Source: Penicillus capitatus
Taxonomy: Eukaryota; Plantae; Chlorophyta
Reading direction: 5' to 3'
Assembly (NCBI GenBank): GCA_965649825.1
Contig: OZ287695.1
Span: forward strand, 1,035,081 to 1,099,080
DNA length: 64,000 nt
Positions 52,189 to 64,000 of the stretch are shown in pieces. The notes beneath the pieces were generated by a model. The model worked only from the letters and a program-made list of their open reading frames with translations, did no database searches and was not told the origin of the DNA. Positions within the stretch are counted from its first letter, which is position 1. Each line of letters begins with the position of its first letter. The translations under genes and the position numbers were made by a program.

Positions 52189-55100
52189 ATGGCAGAGTTC
52201 GGATGGGAGGCTGCCGTTGCGATTCTGTGCATAGTGGTAGCGATCGTCATCCTCTTCAAGGACTGGGCTGGGGCAGATTTCGTCTTCTTGGGTCAGCCGC
52301 CAATCTTCGAAAAGCGGAAACGCGACGTTCTTACCCGCAGGGGTTCTTTCTGTGCTCATGGTGACGCGCATCATCAGCGTGGACGAGGGGTTGGCAGGAT
52401 TCTCCAACGAGGCGCCTCTTACTGTCGCAGGTGAGCAGACAGGTGCCATCGACCCGTGGGGAAAGACGTATGTGTCCAGTGCTGTTCGTTGTGGCGATGG
52501 GCATCTCAGAAACGGGATGTCTGGACGCTCTCTTTCAAGTCGTCCTGGGAAATCCGACGAGTACGGGATCGGCCATGGTCCGCATGATGCTGCCCGTGAC
52601 CATCCTCTCCGCCTTCATGAACAACACACCAGTTGTGGCCATTATGATTCCCATCGTCAAAGTGTGGTGCCAGAGATCTCATCTACCTCCAGGACAGGTA
52701 GGCACAAGATCTCGGTGGTGGACACTATCCAGATGCTTTCTCTCCAGCTGTACATCCCACTGAGTTTTGCATCGATGCTCGGCGGAACCTGCACTCTCAT
52801 CGGCACGTCGACCAATCTGGTGGTGGCAGGTAAACTGGCGACTGACGGGAGAGGACACGTGTTAGTTCGTGCGGTTTCTAGGTCTGATTGACGACATGGC
52901 AGAAAGCGCCGAAGAGGGTGAGGAGATACCCAAGCAGAGCTTCTTCGACATTGGCAAGTTCGGAGTCCCGGTGGCCGTCGGCGGACTCATCTACATGTAT
53001 CTCTTTTCTCCGCTGCTTCTCCCTGGCCTCTCCGAAAGCCAAGTGCAATGTTTGGGCGAGCATCGCAACGCATTCCACTTCGATTCCTCTTTCTCTAGAC
53101 ACTCAGAGTTCTTTCCTCGTTGGACTGGAGGTGACGGAGAACTCGCGTGCGATTGGCTGCACGGTGGACGAAGCTGGTCTGCGTGGTCTGGATGGACTCT
53201 TTCTCGCATCCGTCAGGTAGGATCGATTCAGCAGTATCCCTCGAGTGAAGGCACTGCACTGTGCGGCAGACGTGGACAGCACATTATCAGTGCCGTGGGT
53301 CCGGAGTTCGTCATTGCCGCCCAGGACATCCTCTACTTCACAGGTTCCCTCCATTTGATGCATTGCTGGAGACGACAGGGTGCTGCTAGGTGTCATGGAC
53401 GGACTGCAGAACGTTGTGGACACCTTTGCGCTGCGACCCGTCACAGACGAAACGGAAGAGTGCGTGCCTGATAGTGAGTTCCTTACAGTTTACTGAATGA
53501 CCCCCGTGTTGTGAAAGATTAATGCCAGCTTTGTTGGGATCGCCCGTTCAACATTCTCCGTCGCTGAGTTCTCCAAATACATTCAACGAGGAGGTCGAAA
53601 GATACCACCGTCAGCAACGGATTCCTCCGTCCTCGAGCAGTCAGACGCGACCAATGCTGGACCGTTCCAGCGTTGCTCCTCTCAACCGTCTGCTGCAAGC
53701 AGAGGTTCTCTGAGACGCAACACACGACAGCTTCTTTCAGTTTCGAGAGTGCTGCAGATCGCAGAGGACGCTCCGGTTGTCGGCCACACTGTCAGAGACG
53801 TCGGTTTTCGATCCAGATTTCAAGCTGTAGATAAGCACCCTCGTGCATCTCTGGGTGCTGAGTTCTCTGTTATCAGGCCATTCTGGCCGTCTCCAGGAAC
53901 GGAGAGAAAGTCCCGGGGACGCTGGGGAGAATCGTCCTGCAAGCCAAAGACCTCCTCGTCCTCGACTGTTCACCCGTAAGACACCCGTCCTCCCGCAACG
54001 CCTGTCTGGACTTCCTGCCTTTCTCAGTCCTTCGACGAACACTCGGACGATGTTAAGGCGAATCTTACCCGCATCAGGAAGTCCGATGCCAAGTCCGAGA
54101 GGGAGTTCATGGTTGCCATGGAGGTCGAGACGCGCGGCCCAGTCAAGTGTGCATCTAGCACCGGCATCTGCTGACGGCGTGCCCCGTAGCTCGTGAACAA
54201 GTCCATCGAGAAGGCAGGTCTGCGCGGACTGCATCAGCTGTATCTGGTGGAGATTGAACGCCGAACGGGTCATCGGATTCCGGCCGTATCGCCGACGGAG
54301 ATTCTGGAGGCGGGCGACGTTCTCTGGTTCTCTGGAGTGCTCGAGAGTGTCGCCTCTCTGCGAAAGATCGCCGGTCTCGTCCCGCACGGAGACCAGGTGA
54401 AGAAGTTGAACCACTCTCACCAAGAGAGGAGGCTCGTCGAGGCCGTCATCTCCCCGATCTCCGTTCTGGTCAGTGCCACGACACGCCTTAACCTGCGCTC
54501 CCGTGCCGTTGTGACCAGGTCGGCAAGACAGTGAGAGAGAGTCGATTCCGAACGCGATTCCACGCAGCGATCATCGGTGAGTTGCCTGCTTTTGTGAGAA
54601 CGGAGGAGATGGCGGCGGCACAGGTGTCCATCGTCAAGGCCACCGCCTGAAGGAGAAAATCGGAGACATCGTCCTCCGAGGAGGCGATGTCTTGCTTCTG
54701 GACACGGGTTCTCAGTTCGCCATCGAAAACAGAAACAACCGGAACTTTGCCCTCGTCTCGGAAGTGGCCAACAGCCATACTCCAAGGTGCAATGTGCCGT
54801 ACGCCGCGATGACCGATCCAACATCTTTGCTTTCAGATTCGATCGCGCCTTGGTGGCGATGCTGGCATTGGCGGCGATGGTCTTGTCTCAGCTGGTGGGC
54901 GTGGCGTTCGATCGCACGTTTGTGGAGTTGATCACCGCCGCTTTGATCACATCTGCCATCATGCTGATGGCGCAGTGCCTCACGGGCGAACAGGCCAGGG
55001 CCTCCGTCAAGTGGGATGTCATCATCACCGTTGCTGCTGCGTTTGGCGTCAGCACTGGCATCGAGAACAGCAACGTTGCCAGTCTCATCGCCGACAGCCT

Positions 55101-55752
55101 GGTCTCCGCAGGTGCCGTTCTCGAGTCCGGCTAAAGCGAAATGGCGGCGCTGTCTGACAGGAAAAGCCATCGGAGGGAATTTCTTCGTGATGTTCGCCAT
55201 CTACTTCGCCACGATGTTGCTGTCCAATCTCGTGGCGAACAATGCAGTGGCGGCGCTGATGTTTCCTGTTGCCATGAACGTCGCCAGACGTAAGTAGCTT
55301 CTGCACCTTCACGATGTTCTGTTCCGATCACCTGTCTCGCAGAGAACGACATCTCTCTGAACCGCATGGCCGCGTTGCTGATGCTGGGCGCATCCTCCGC
55401 CTTCATGTCTCCCTTCGGGTATCAGACGAACCTCATGGTGTTTGCTTCGGGCGGATATACGATCGTCGACTTCGTCAAGTTCGGGGCTCCGATGCAGATC
55501 TGGCAGATGGCCGTTTCGCTCATCGTTCTCTTCTTGGAAGACCAATGGCCGCTAGTATGGATCGCCTCCTTTCTCGTGGCAGGTCTAGCGATTTCGTTGA
55601 GAAAGATCAAGGAGTCCTGCTGCATGTCAAAGAAAAAGAAGGCGCTTACACACGTCTCCTCGAGAGAACAATCAATGACGCAGCTCATCGTCACATCCAT
55701 CCGTGGAGGAGGGGGCACGCAGAATGGAAGCGATAGAAGAATCCGCGCTTAG
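52189..55752 (+). CDS. SLC13-type Na+/sulfate cotransporter with TrkA-C domains (algal SLT/SAC1-like)
   Basis: FGWEAAVAILC...DWAGADFVF, SAFMNNTPVVAIMIP, LSFASMLGGTCTLIGTSTNLVV, RCK-C repeats (SIEKAGLRGLHQLYLVEIER), LGASSAFMSPFGYQTNLMVFASGGYTIVDFVKFGAPMQ. Confidence 0.9.
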
Positions 55753-56535
55753 TTCTGGGCGAGTGGGCGCATTCATGTCTCCGTCTGTTTTTGAAATGTT
55801 TGGCATCAAGCGCTCTCTCTCTCTGTTGTTGCTGGAAGGCTCGAGTGGAGTTTTCAGTGCCTACGCATTCTTTATTGGAATCGACCTTTCTGAATTCGCT
55901 TAAGTATCTGTTTTGCAGTTTCAAGATATCTGTGGCCCCAGTTCGTTTATGTTACTGTCTTTCTGTTTGCTTGAACATGACAGCTGGCACTGAGTTTCAT
56001 GATCTTGGCGCGACAAACGATCGTTGAAGGATCATTCTGAGTGTAGCGGCAGGCACCGTGCGTGAAGAGACAAGGAAGAATCTAGGCAGTGGACAGCTAA
56101 CTGGCAAAACTAAAGTCAGTGCAGTGCCAGAAACTGGACCTCTCTGTGTTGCGTGAGCTCTCGGACGACTAGAATCCGCCTTCTTTGCATTCGTGTTTTA
56201 ATGGGCGTCCCTTTGTCTAACAGTTTACCGTTTTCTGATAACCAATGGCGATGAAAAGCGCTCGATCGGCTGTCTGCACCACCAAAGAAAAACGAAAGTT
56301 CTTCGACTGCGAGTGAAAAGACGTTCGTTGCGTATGCATTGACAGAGAGAAAGCGTCTGTCGGACAAGCGTTACTGCAACCGCCTGTCATGTCACCATTG
56401 CGGGCGTCGAAACTTCGGCTCTGTCTTCTGTCTCTCTCTTTAAGCCATCAAATCGGCGTCTTACGCAAGACATCGCCGAGATCCGATGGACATTTCAGAG
56501 AGAGAAGCGCGAAGCGGCGTCAGCATCGACGTTTA

Positions 56536-56579
56536 TCGATCGAATAATCACACAACTTCGATCGAATAATCACACAACT
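56536..56579. repeat. Exact 22-bp tandem duplication (TCGATCGAATAATCACACAACT x2)
   Basis: Seen directly. Confidence 0.9.
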
Positions 56580-56697
56580 GTTGACATTGTAACAAACGAC
56601 TGTTTGCGACAACACCTCACACATGAACTGCACAGGTCCAGACACACAGAGACAGATGACTAGTCGTGATTATTGCCAGACACAGAGCTTGTTCTTA

Positions 56698-57063
56698 TCA
56701 GAAACCTCCCGTCGTTCTCAGCGTCTGCAACAACGCTGCAGCACATTACACAAATGTCACATCGACCGCCGTCTCATCGTGGCTGCCTACCTGACCCAAC
56801 CACCACGAAAATGAAGAACCCCAGGACCACCGGGCCAACCGGAAAGCGCTTCTTCTGCGAGCACGGTCACAGAACTGAGACCTGCTCATCGAAGAGGGGT
56901 CTCTCTCACCTCCACGGACGAAACGATGGGGTGTCCTCGACGGTGGCCGTGGAATTTGTCGTTCTTGGCGCCCTGCACTCTCTTTGACACCGTCTAGAAG
57001 AAGACAGTTTGTCCGCGGCGGTGTCGAGGAAACTGGGATGTAGCTGTGGTGCAGACGAACCAT
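56698..57063 (-). CDS. SERP1: Stress-associated ER protein (SERP1/RAMP4)
   Basis: Four exons, the first being ATG only, give M|TVSKRVQGAKNDKFHGHRRGHPIVSSVE|KKRFPVGPVVLGFFIFVVVGS|ALLQTLRTTGGF*. This matches the RAMP4 PVGP.LLGFF.FVV.GS motif. Not in the ORF track. Confidence 0.88.
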
Positions 57064-57213
57064 GGTAAAAGTAGAGATACTCTTGGCTCGGGATGCAAGA
57101 AGAACAGTTGCTGATGTTATTTAACTCGAAGACGGAGCGACGGTAAGTAGTTCGAATCTTTCGAGACGGATTTTGATAACAGCGGAATTTCTAGATCGAA
57201 TATTTGTACGCCA

Positions 57214-60200
57214 TCACGCATTCATCTCTGTCCATTTCCTCCACATCTTCCTGTACTCGAATTCCAGGCGCTGCACGTGTCCTCTGGCATTGCAGAGCTC
57301 AGAGCTGAGCATCCGGACGCGCAGATGCATGTGCAGCTTGGACAGGGCCTCGAAATCGGATGCCTTCTCCACGGCGCGTTGCTTGTAGTCTTCGATCGAT
57401 GTGGCAATCCAGCTCTCATCCAAACCCACCGCACGGATCAGACTCACTCCGACGTTCTGCGCGTGACACCTTCCGGCCATCGTCAAACAGGGTACACCCA
57501 TGAACAAGCTCTCGCAGGTTGTGGTGGTGCCTACAGGCAGAGGAAGCTGCAGACGAGGATCCTGCAGGGAATGGTGGCTTGCCAGCATACGGCCACGCGT
57601 CCAGACTGATGTCCATGAGCGAGTACAGGGACAGGTGCTCTTTGGTTTGCACGGAGAGGGGCAGCAGATCGATGCGCCAGGAGGCAATGCCCTCCAGTTC
57701 GAAGCGCTGACTGAACTGCGCTCGGGTGGACGCACATGCAAAGCTCTTGTTCTTGAGAACGAGACGGGCTTCGGGAATGGCCAGCAGGATTTCGGACCAG
57801 GTCTACGTCACTCTTCTCGTGTGAGGAAAACGAGAGACAGATATCTGACGACTCACTCTGACCACTTCGTCCGTGATCTTGGCGAGATTGTTGAACGACC
57901 CGAACGTCACGTATCCATTCTCCAGACACGGAGCTGGCGTGGGAGGCGGAGGATCGATGTACGGCGTGTAGCACAGGAAACAGTGGGGCAGCCGGACGAG
58001 CGCCTCAGAAAAACACTGTCGACAGGAAGCAACTCATACAAGGATGATGCAGTTTGTGAGATCCAAATCACCTGTGTTGTCTCTTCTGGGTCACAGTGGA
58101 CATCTGTAATGCGATAGTCGATCTGCGTCAGACCCGTGGAATTGGGATAGCCGATCCACGTAACCTGAACGACCAGAGCAGTTCTTTCTGAGATAGAAGT
58201 GCCGGCGTCACTTGAACGGGAGCCGGTTTCATGGCCAGCGTTCCCAGTCTGTTGTGCGAAAAGTGTCCGCTGAGTTCCACGAGGATGTCCACTTCGTCCT
58301 GGCGAATCTGCTCTGCCAGTCCCTGTTCGGTCAAATGCGTCACCTCCTTCCACGTCCCTTTGATCCCTTTCACTTTGCCTTTAAGCAACGCCGTCTTGTC
58401 ATCCGACTAGAGAACAGTCCATGTCACTCATCGAAGAAAATTGTTTGGCTTGCTCTGGGAGAACAGTTGTACACGATCAGCTCGAACTGACCCGGATCGT
58501 GTTCGGACAGTGGCGCTTCGGCAAAGTACGATACGGAGTGCGTGCACAGGTCGCCGGATATATAACCAACCTACTCCGCGAATACATCCTGCTGGCATTC
58601 TTCCGGAACGTATGGCCTCACTCTGAGAACCCTGTCCGGACTCAAGTCTCTTGTGGAACGGTCAAGAGGTGGGAGCTGAGGGATGCGTTCCGAGAAGGCG
58701 AGGCCCCACTCCAAGTGATGATCGCTAACTTCTGGGGATGCTCCGCATATCACGTAGTTCAATCCAAGGAGGAAGTTGTCCGCTGGACTTCTGCTTTCCG
58801 GTGCAATGATAAGACACTTCTTGTAGGACTCCAGTGACTAGGGCATAGCAGAAAGGAATCATGCCGAGCACAGACGAAACGATCGAAACACTTCGTGCGA
58901 CAGCCCGATGTCCTTCTTAACGACGCCCAAGTTGTTGTAGGCTTCGAAGTACTGCGGATTAGATCGAATGGCAGCCTCGATGTTGCTGATGGCCGCTGCC
59001 GCCTGTCCTTGCATGGCATAGAGCAGTCCTAGATTGCTCAGACTCTGGGAACAACAACACGTCTCTTCGAGAACCTTCATTCGAAGAGAGGCACCATGGC
59101 GAAGTCGGGCTGTATGGCGAGGGCGTTCTGGTAGCACTGAATCGCCTTCTGATCTCTGCCCATCTCCTTGTACAGGACGCCGAGGTTGTTGTGGACTTCG
59201 GGGAGACGCTTGTTGTGATGAATCGCTGTCTCGTACATGAAAATCGCTTTCTCCTTTTCTCCGTTCTCGGCCAGAGCAACACCCAGATTGTACATCGCCT
59301 CGACGCACTTCACTTTCTCTCGCACACCTCGAAAAGGAGTGAGATGTGTGACTTACGGCTGGGTTCTGCGAGAGGGCTTCGTAGTAAAGTCGGAGGGCCT
59401 CTTCTGTGTTCCCCTCCGCTTTTGACTGTGCTCCTATGGCAACGAGCAGCCGCGAGCAGCTCTGTCGCAGCTCGTCCGATTCTGGCTGCACTGCCAGTGC
59501 CTGGCGATGACAGTGGAGCGAGTCTTGAAACTGGCGGCGATCGAAGTGGATGGCTGCCATGTTCCCCCAGGCCATGATGTGAGAAGGATCCTCTTCAACT
59601 GTCATCCTGTAATACTCCATTGCCTTGTCCACCTGGCAATGCTAAAACCCTCCATCAGCTCAGTGAAGGCGATGCTCACCTGCTGGGATTCTGCATAGGA
59701 CACTGCAAGATTGTACAGAGCTGGAGGGAACCCAGGATGGGCCTTCAGTGCTTCCCGGTATCTGCTCGCCGCTTCGTCTCCTTTCCCTGAGGTGCTCGAT
59801 TGCAGGACAGCGTCACGATGTGTGACATGGAGTACCTTCGTTCTTGAGAACTGTTCCTTGATCGGTCAACACTCCTGCCAATGTCTTCTTGAACTCCTGC
59901 GCATTTCTCACACTGTAAGCTTTTACACGAACGGTTATGGCACTGAACGTTGTTTTCTGGCTTCAAATCGCAGGCTCTCTGCACGAGTTCGAGACACGAT
60001 CGGAGATTCCCTTGCTGGTGATGAACATCAGCCAGATGCATTACGGTTTCTGCATTTCTGGCATCATAAGCCTCCGCTTTCGCAAAGCAAACTATGGCCT
60101 GAGACTCCACACTGCGCTTTCGCACAGGTAACCTCGTGCAGAAACGACCTTTGTCAGATTCCCCGAGTGCTTCAGACACTCTCCTTCCAGCACTAGCAGT

Positions 60201-60436
60201 TCGGCGTGCGTCGGATGTTTGAGAAGGATCTGTTCAGTCTGTCGGAGGGCTTCTTCGAATTTCTCGCTCTTGATGAGCAGTCGGCACACACGCAAGACAC
60301 GTCTGATCTCCGTTTCTTCCGACGAAGTGACTTCTGCCGAAGATGACGATGAATGGACTTCCAACGTCGAATCGGGATCCAGAGAAGAGCACTGCTGCGA
60401 CTGCGCAACCATCCTTGCTTCCTTATCGTCGTTCAT
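57214..60436 (-). CDS. SPY: SPINDLY protein O-fucosyltransferase (TPR repeats + GT41 catalytic domain)
   Basis: Many TPRs (YNLGV, HNNLGVLYKE, AYNNLGVVKKD), [69 protein letters not shown]. Confidence 0.93.
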
Positions 60437-61323
60437 AACGAATAGCGACGAGACAGAAGCCGAAAACAATCGGTCAAACTGAAGTGAAGTGACTGCAGAC
60501 GTAACTGGCCTCGATTCGACAGAGTAATATGACTGCTCAATGGAAACGGCTTAAATGAGTTCATGTTTCGCACAGACTCCGATTCACATGTCCTAATCAG
60601 TGTTGCCTGAAGACAACATGCTGAAGAAGATATGAAGTCTTGATCTATGCTGCTTTTTCGTCTCCTTCTTCTCTGTTCTCCCTCCGTGGTTTATAAGGCG
60701 ATCTTAGTTCTCTCTTCTGCGATGCTTGTGAGATTCATCGTTCTGCAATCAGAGATAGCCGCTTTTGGGTTGTGCTTCCCGATGGAGCATACTTGGAACA
60801 GACATGCACTGCTAACGGCGAGATTTGAACGACAACGGCACAGTCACTGTTGTCGAAATGGGCTACTAATTTCCACAATGCATTGCTGGCATCGTTGATG
60901 GTCACTGTCCATCATCCAATCTCGGCCTGGCTGGAACAGAAACCGTTTCACCAGGAGCACATGCTGTCAACGAAGAGTTCAAAACTCCTGGATGCATCGA
61001 TCAGCAGTGTTTTCTTTGACATCTTCGCAGCCAATGATTTATATTCATTATCCACCGAAGCATTAGATGCATAGACTGCTGGATTTGATATGTGACAACA
61101 CAGAGAAGAGTCTGTGCAGAGACAACACGGAAGGCACAATGCCCATGCATATCAGCTCAATACCAGCAAATTCAGACCGATAAACGAGACGTGTGAACCG
61201 GTTTGTCTCTTCGCGACGTCTGGCAATCATCAGACAGCGACAGGGAAGCAAGTACGTTAATGGCGCAATCACTCCATTACTTAAGCGCCCGCCATTGCTG
61301 CAAAACACATTCTTGTCTCCAGC

Positions 61324-64000
61324 ATGAAGCTTTTCTGTGATTCGCGTTGCCGTCTCGGCTTTCATTTCTCTCTGTTACTTCTTCTCCTATTCTTCCACGT
61401 AGCAGCATGTCAAGAGAAAAAAGGTACTGTCACCTGGGTTGGCATTTCCCGACGCGGGTATGTGTTTTTACGGTTCAGAAGCATCGGCCTCCAAGTCGCT
61501 CGTTCATCTTGTCATCGTGAGTTTATAAAGCGCGAATTGATTCAGGTTTCAACACCTGTTCTTCTCACAGGGTGAAGAGGCGCCTAGAGGACGGTTCCCG
61601 TACGTTTGTAGTCTCTCCAGACGTGAAGACGGAGTGCATCGCTGCGGCGGATTCCTTATTCGACCACAATGGGTGGTCACTGCAGCACATTGTGTCGCCC
61701 CAGACTGTCCGGGCAGCATCGGCAGAAATCCGCTTGTCCGATGCGGTATTCACGAACTCGATGTAAACGACCCTGAAAAAGTAACCTGCTTACGTTTCTT
61801 TACTTTCCTGTCGCGACGGAAGTCTGTAGGTATTCAGCGGAGAGCAGAGCTACTGGCCCGGATCGTGGACCGGCAACGCGAACGATGGATGCGACATTGC
61901 CGTCGTTAAACTAAACAAAGAAGCGAATCTCACGCTGCCGTCGATTAATAAGCAGAGCGGTGGATTCCGCTCAGGCAAACTATTCACCGCCCTCGGTTGG
62001 GGACTGGATGAGAATGGAAGCGTTCCAAACTCCCTACAGATGGCAAACAGTCTTGTTTATACGAAACACGACCATTGCAAAGATTTCCTGGGAAACGCCG
62101 TCAAGAATCACTCGATCTGCGCTGGATTCTCGAACGAGAATACATGCAAAGGTTTAATGCCTAATGCATTACTCTTCTGCCAAGCCATCTCTGTTGAAGG
62201 TGATTCTGGTGGTCCGTTGTTGATTCCTTATGTGTTTGAAGGCAAATTAGCAGCTGGGAATCCAGAACACGACATGATTTTCGGCGTAACATCCATAGGG
62301 TCCGAAGATTGCATCGATGATCCATCACCGACCATCTACACCAGTATCGGTGCATTCTGGGACTGGATTGAGGAAAGAATCGGCGAAGGTCCAAAGGTGA
62401 TTAATCGGTTCTCCGAATTTTTTCCTCGTGTCTGATCGCCGAGAACATGAAAAGATCGACAGAATTCTGTTTAGTGACCTTCATCAGATAATGTACGTTC
62501 TTCATAGGTGGACGATCCTGAAACTGACGATCCGTCAGTGAGCCCAGAAGAACAGGAACTTAGAGAAGAGCGCAAACGGCTGAGGGGACTCTCTCGGACA
62601 GAACTGATTAAGGTTGGTTGGCAATAAAGAATGATGTGAAGGGACAGACAGTTCCATAGGAAGCGTATCGCTGCACAAAAAAGGATAGTGCATTGAAGTT
62701 GGAAGCCGCTCTGCTGGAGGGACTCGAACCAGATTCTTTCTACGCGTCTTCCGTCTGGTCAGGATATTGGGAACGGAAGCGTTTTGCTCTGTTGCACTGG
62801 TCGGCGTATTACAATGCGGAAAAATGCACTGAGGTAGTGTATTCTCTTGGCCTACTCTGGAACACAGAGTCTAGACGCTTCGGTTCTATCTATTGAATCT
62901 CTGTGATTAAAGGTTCTTTTGGAATATGGCGCAAGCGTGGACAAGCGCGGCACATCCAGAACAACTCCTCTGCATGTGGCAGCGTGGACAGAACATGCGG
63001 TGGTGAAGGTAAACCAGAAAAGCGATCTTTAATCGTCCACTTCAACGTCTATTGTCAGATGCTGCTAGACGCAGGGGCCGATGTCGATGCGGTCGATGAC
63101 GATGGAAGAACTCCACTTCATGAAGCCGCTTACAACGAAAACCCCGAAGTTGTACAGGTGCATGTCGATTTGCCTTAGTTCTTATGTCCACGTTGTTGCT
63201 GGTTGCAGCTGCTGCTAGACGCAGGGGCCGATGTCGATGCGGTCGATAAATATGGAAACACTCCACTTCATGAAACCGCCTACAATGAAAACCCCGAAGT
63301 TGTACAGGTGCATGTCGATTTGCCTTAGTTCTTATGTCCACGTTGTTGCTGGTTGCAGCTGCTGCTAGACGCAGGGGCCGATGTCGATGCGGTCGATAAA
63401 TATGGAAACACTCCACTTCATGAAACCGCCTACAATGAAAACCCCGAAGTTGTACAGGTGCATGTCGATTTGCCTTAGTTCTTATGTCCACGTTGTTGCT
63501 GGTTGCAGCTGCTGCTAGACGCAGGGGCCGACGTCAATGCAGTCGATAAATATGGAACCACTCCACTTCATGAAGCCGCCTACAAAGAAAAACCCGAAGT
63601 TGTACAGGTGCATGTCGATTTGCCTTAGTTCTTATGTCCACGTTGTTGCTGGTTGCAGCTGCTGCTAGACGCAGGGGCCGATGTCGATGCGGTCGATAAA
63701 TATGGAAACACTCCACTTCATGAAGCCGCCTACAAAGAAAAACCCGAAGTTGTACAGGTGCATGTCGATTTGCCTTAGTTCTTATGTCCACGTTGTTGCT
63801 GGTTGCAGCTGCTGCTAGACGCAGGGGCCGATGTCGATGCGGTCAATAGAAAGGGAGAAACTCCACTTCATAAAGCCGCTTACTTCAACGAAAAACCCGA
63901 AGTTGTACAGGTGCATGTCGATTTGCCTTAGTTCTTATGTCCACGTTGTTGCTGGTTGCAGCTGCTGCTAGACGCAGGGGCCGACGTCAATGCAGTCGAT
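61324..64000 (+). CDS. Secreted S1 (trypsin-fold) serine protease fused in frame to an ankyrin-repeat array (runs off the window)
   Basis: Signal peptide; catalytic triad TAAHC / DIAVVKL / GDSGGPL. Predicted phase-0 splicing: ...EGPK(62396)|62508-62612|62660-62833|62913-63008|63059... leads into ankyrin exons with no stop. The 62397-62507 intron is the least certain junction. Confidence 0.78.
63059..64000 (+). repeat. Tandem array of 150-bp cassettes (99-bp ankyrin exon + 51-bp identical intron), at least 7 units
   Basis: Exons start at 63059, 63209, 63359, 63509, 63659, 63809 (102-bp exon) and 63962. The intron GTGCATGTCGATTTGCCTTAGTTCTTATGTCCACGTTGTTGCTGGTTGCAG is identical in all six complete copies. 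Confidence 0.97.

Noticed and set aside
60640-61320. Short ORFs between SPY and the protease gene
   Set aside because: No coherent gene model could be built.
63042-63791. Minus-strand repetitive ORFs [16 protein letters not shown]...
   Set aside because: Antisense shadows of the ankyrin exon-intron array.
63059-64000. CRISPR-like or introner interpretation of the repeat array
   Set aside because: The variable parts are themselves near-identical ankyrin exons, and the identical introns duplicate together with their exons. I saw no copy of this intron elsewhere in the window and no cas genes.

Overview
Gene-dense window from a eukaryote with many short (~45-60 nt) spliceosomal introns. The gene set (phytoene desaturase, plastid-type transaldolase-like protein, UhpC-type transporter, SLT-type Na+/sulfate transporter, SPINDLY, flagellar DNAAF1 and SPEF2) points to a chlorophyte green alga with a flagellated stage. 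This is inference; the code looks standard because TAA and TAG end genes. I can support about 25 multi-exon genes; exon boundaries were placed by eye from GT/GC-AG sites and reading-frame continuity. Main highlights: (1) at the right edge, a predicted secreted trypsin-fold protease spliced in frame to an ankyrin array of 150-bp exon+intron cassettes, with identical introns, mosaic exons and variation concentrated at ankyrin binding-surface positions; (2) a young 977-bp non-autonomous LTR element (TRIM-like) with identical 206-bp LTRs whose 5-bp TSD duplicates the start codon of a small secreted-protein gene; (3) a STRA6-like membrane protein; (4) several same-strand gene pairs only 25-130 bp apart (candidate polycistrons) and divergent pairs under 100 bp apart; (5) a multipass membrane protein with a ~25-copy Ser/Pro/Glu VNTR stalk. 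I recognised no tRNA, rRNA or CRISPR array.
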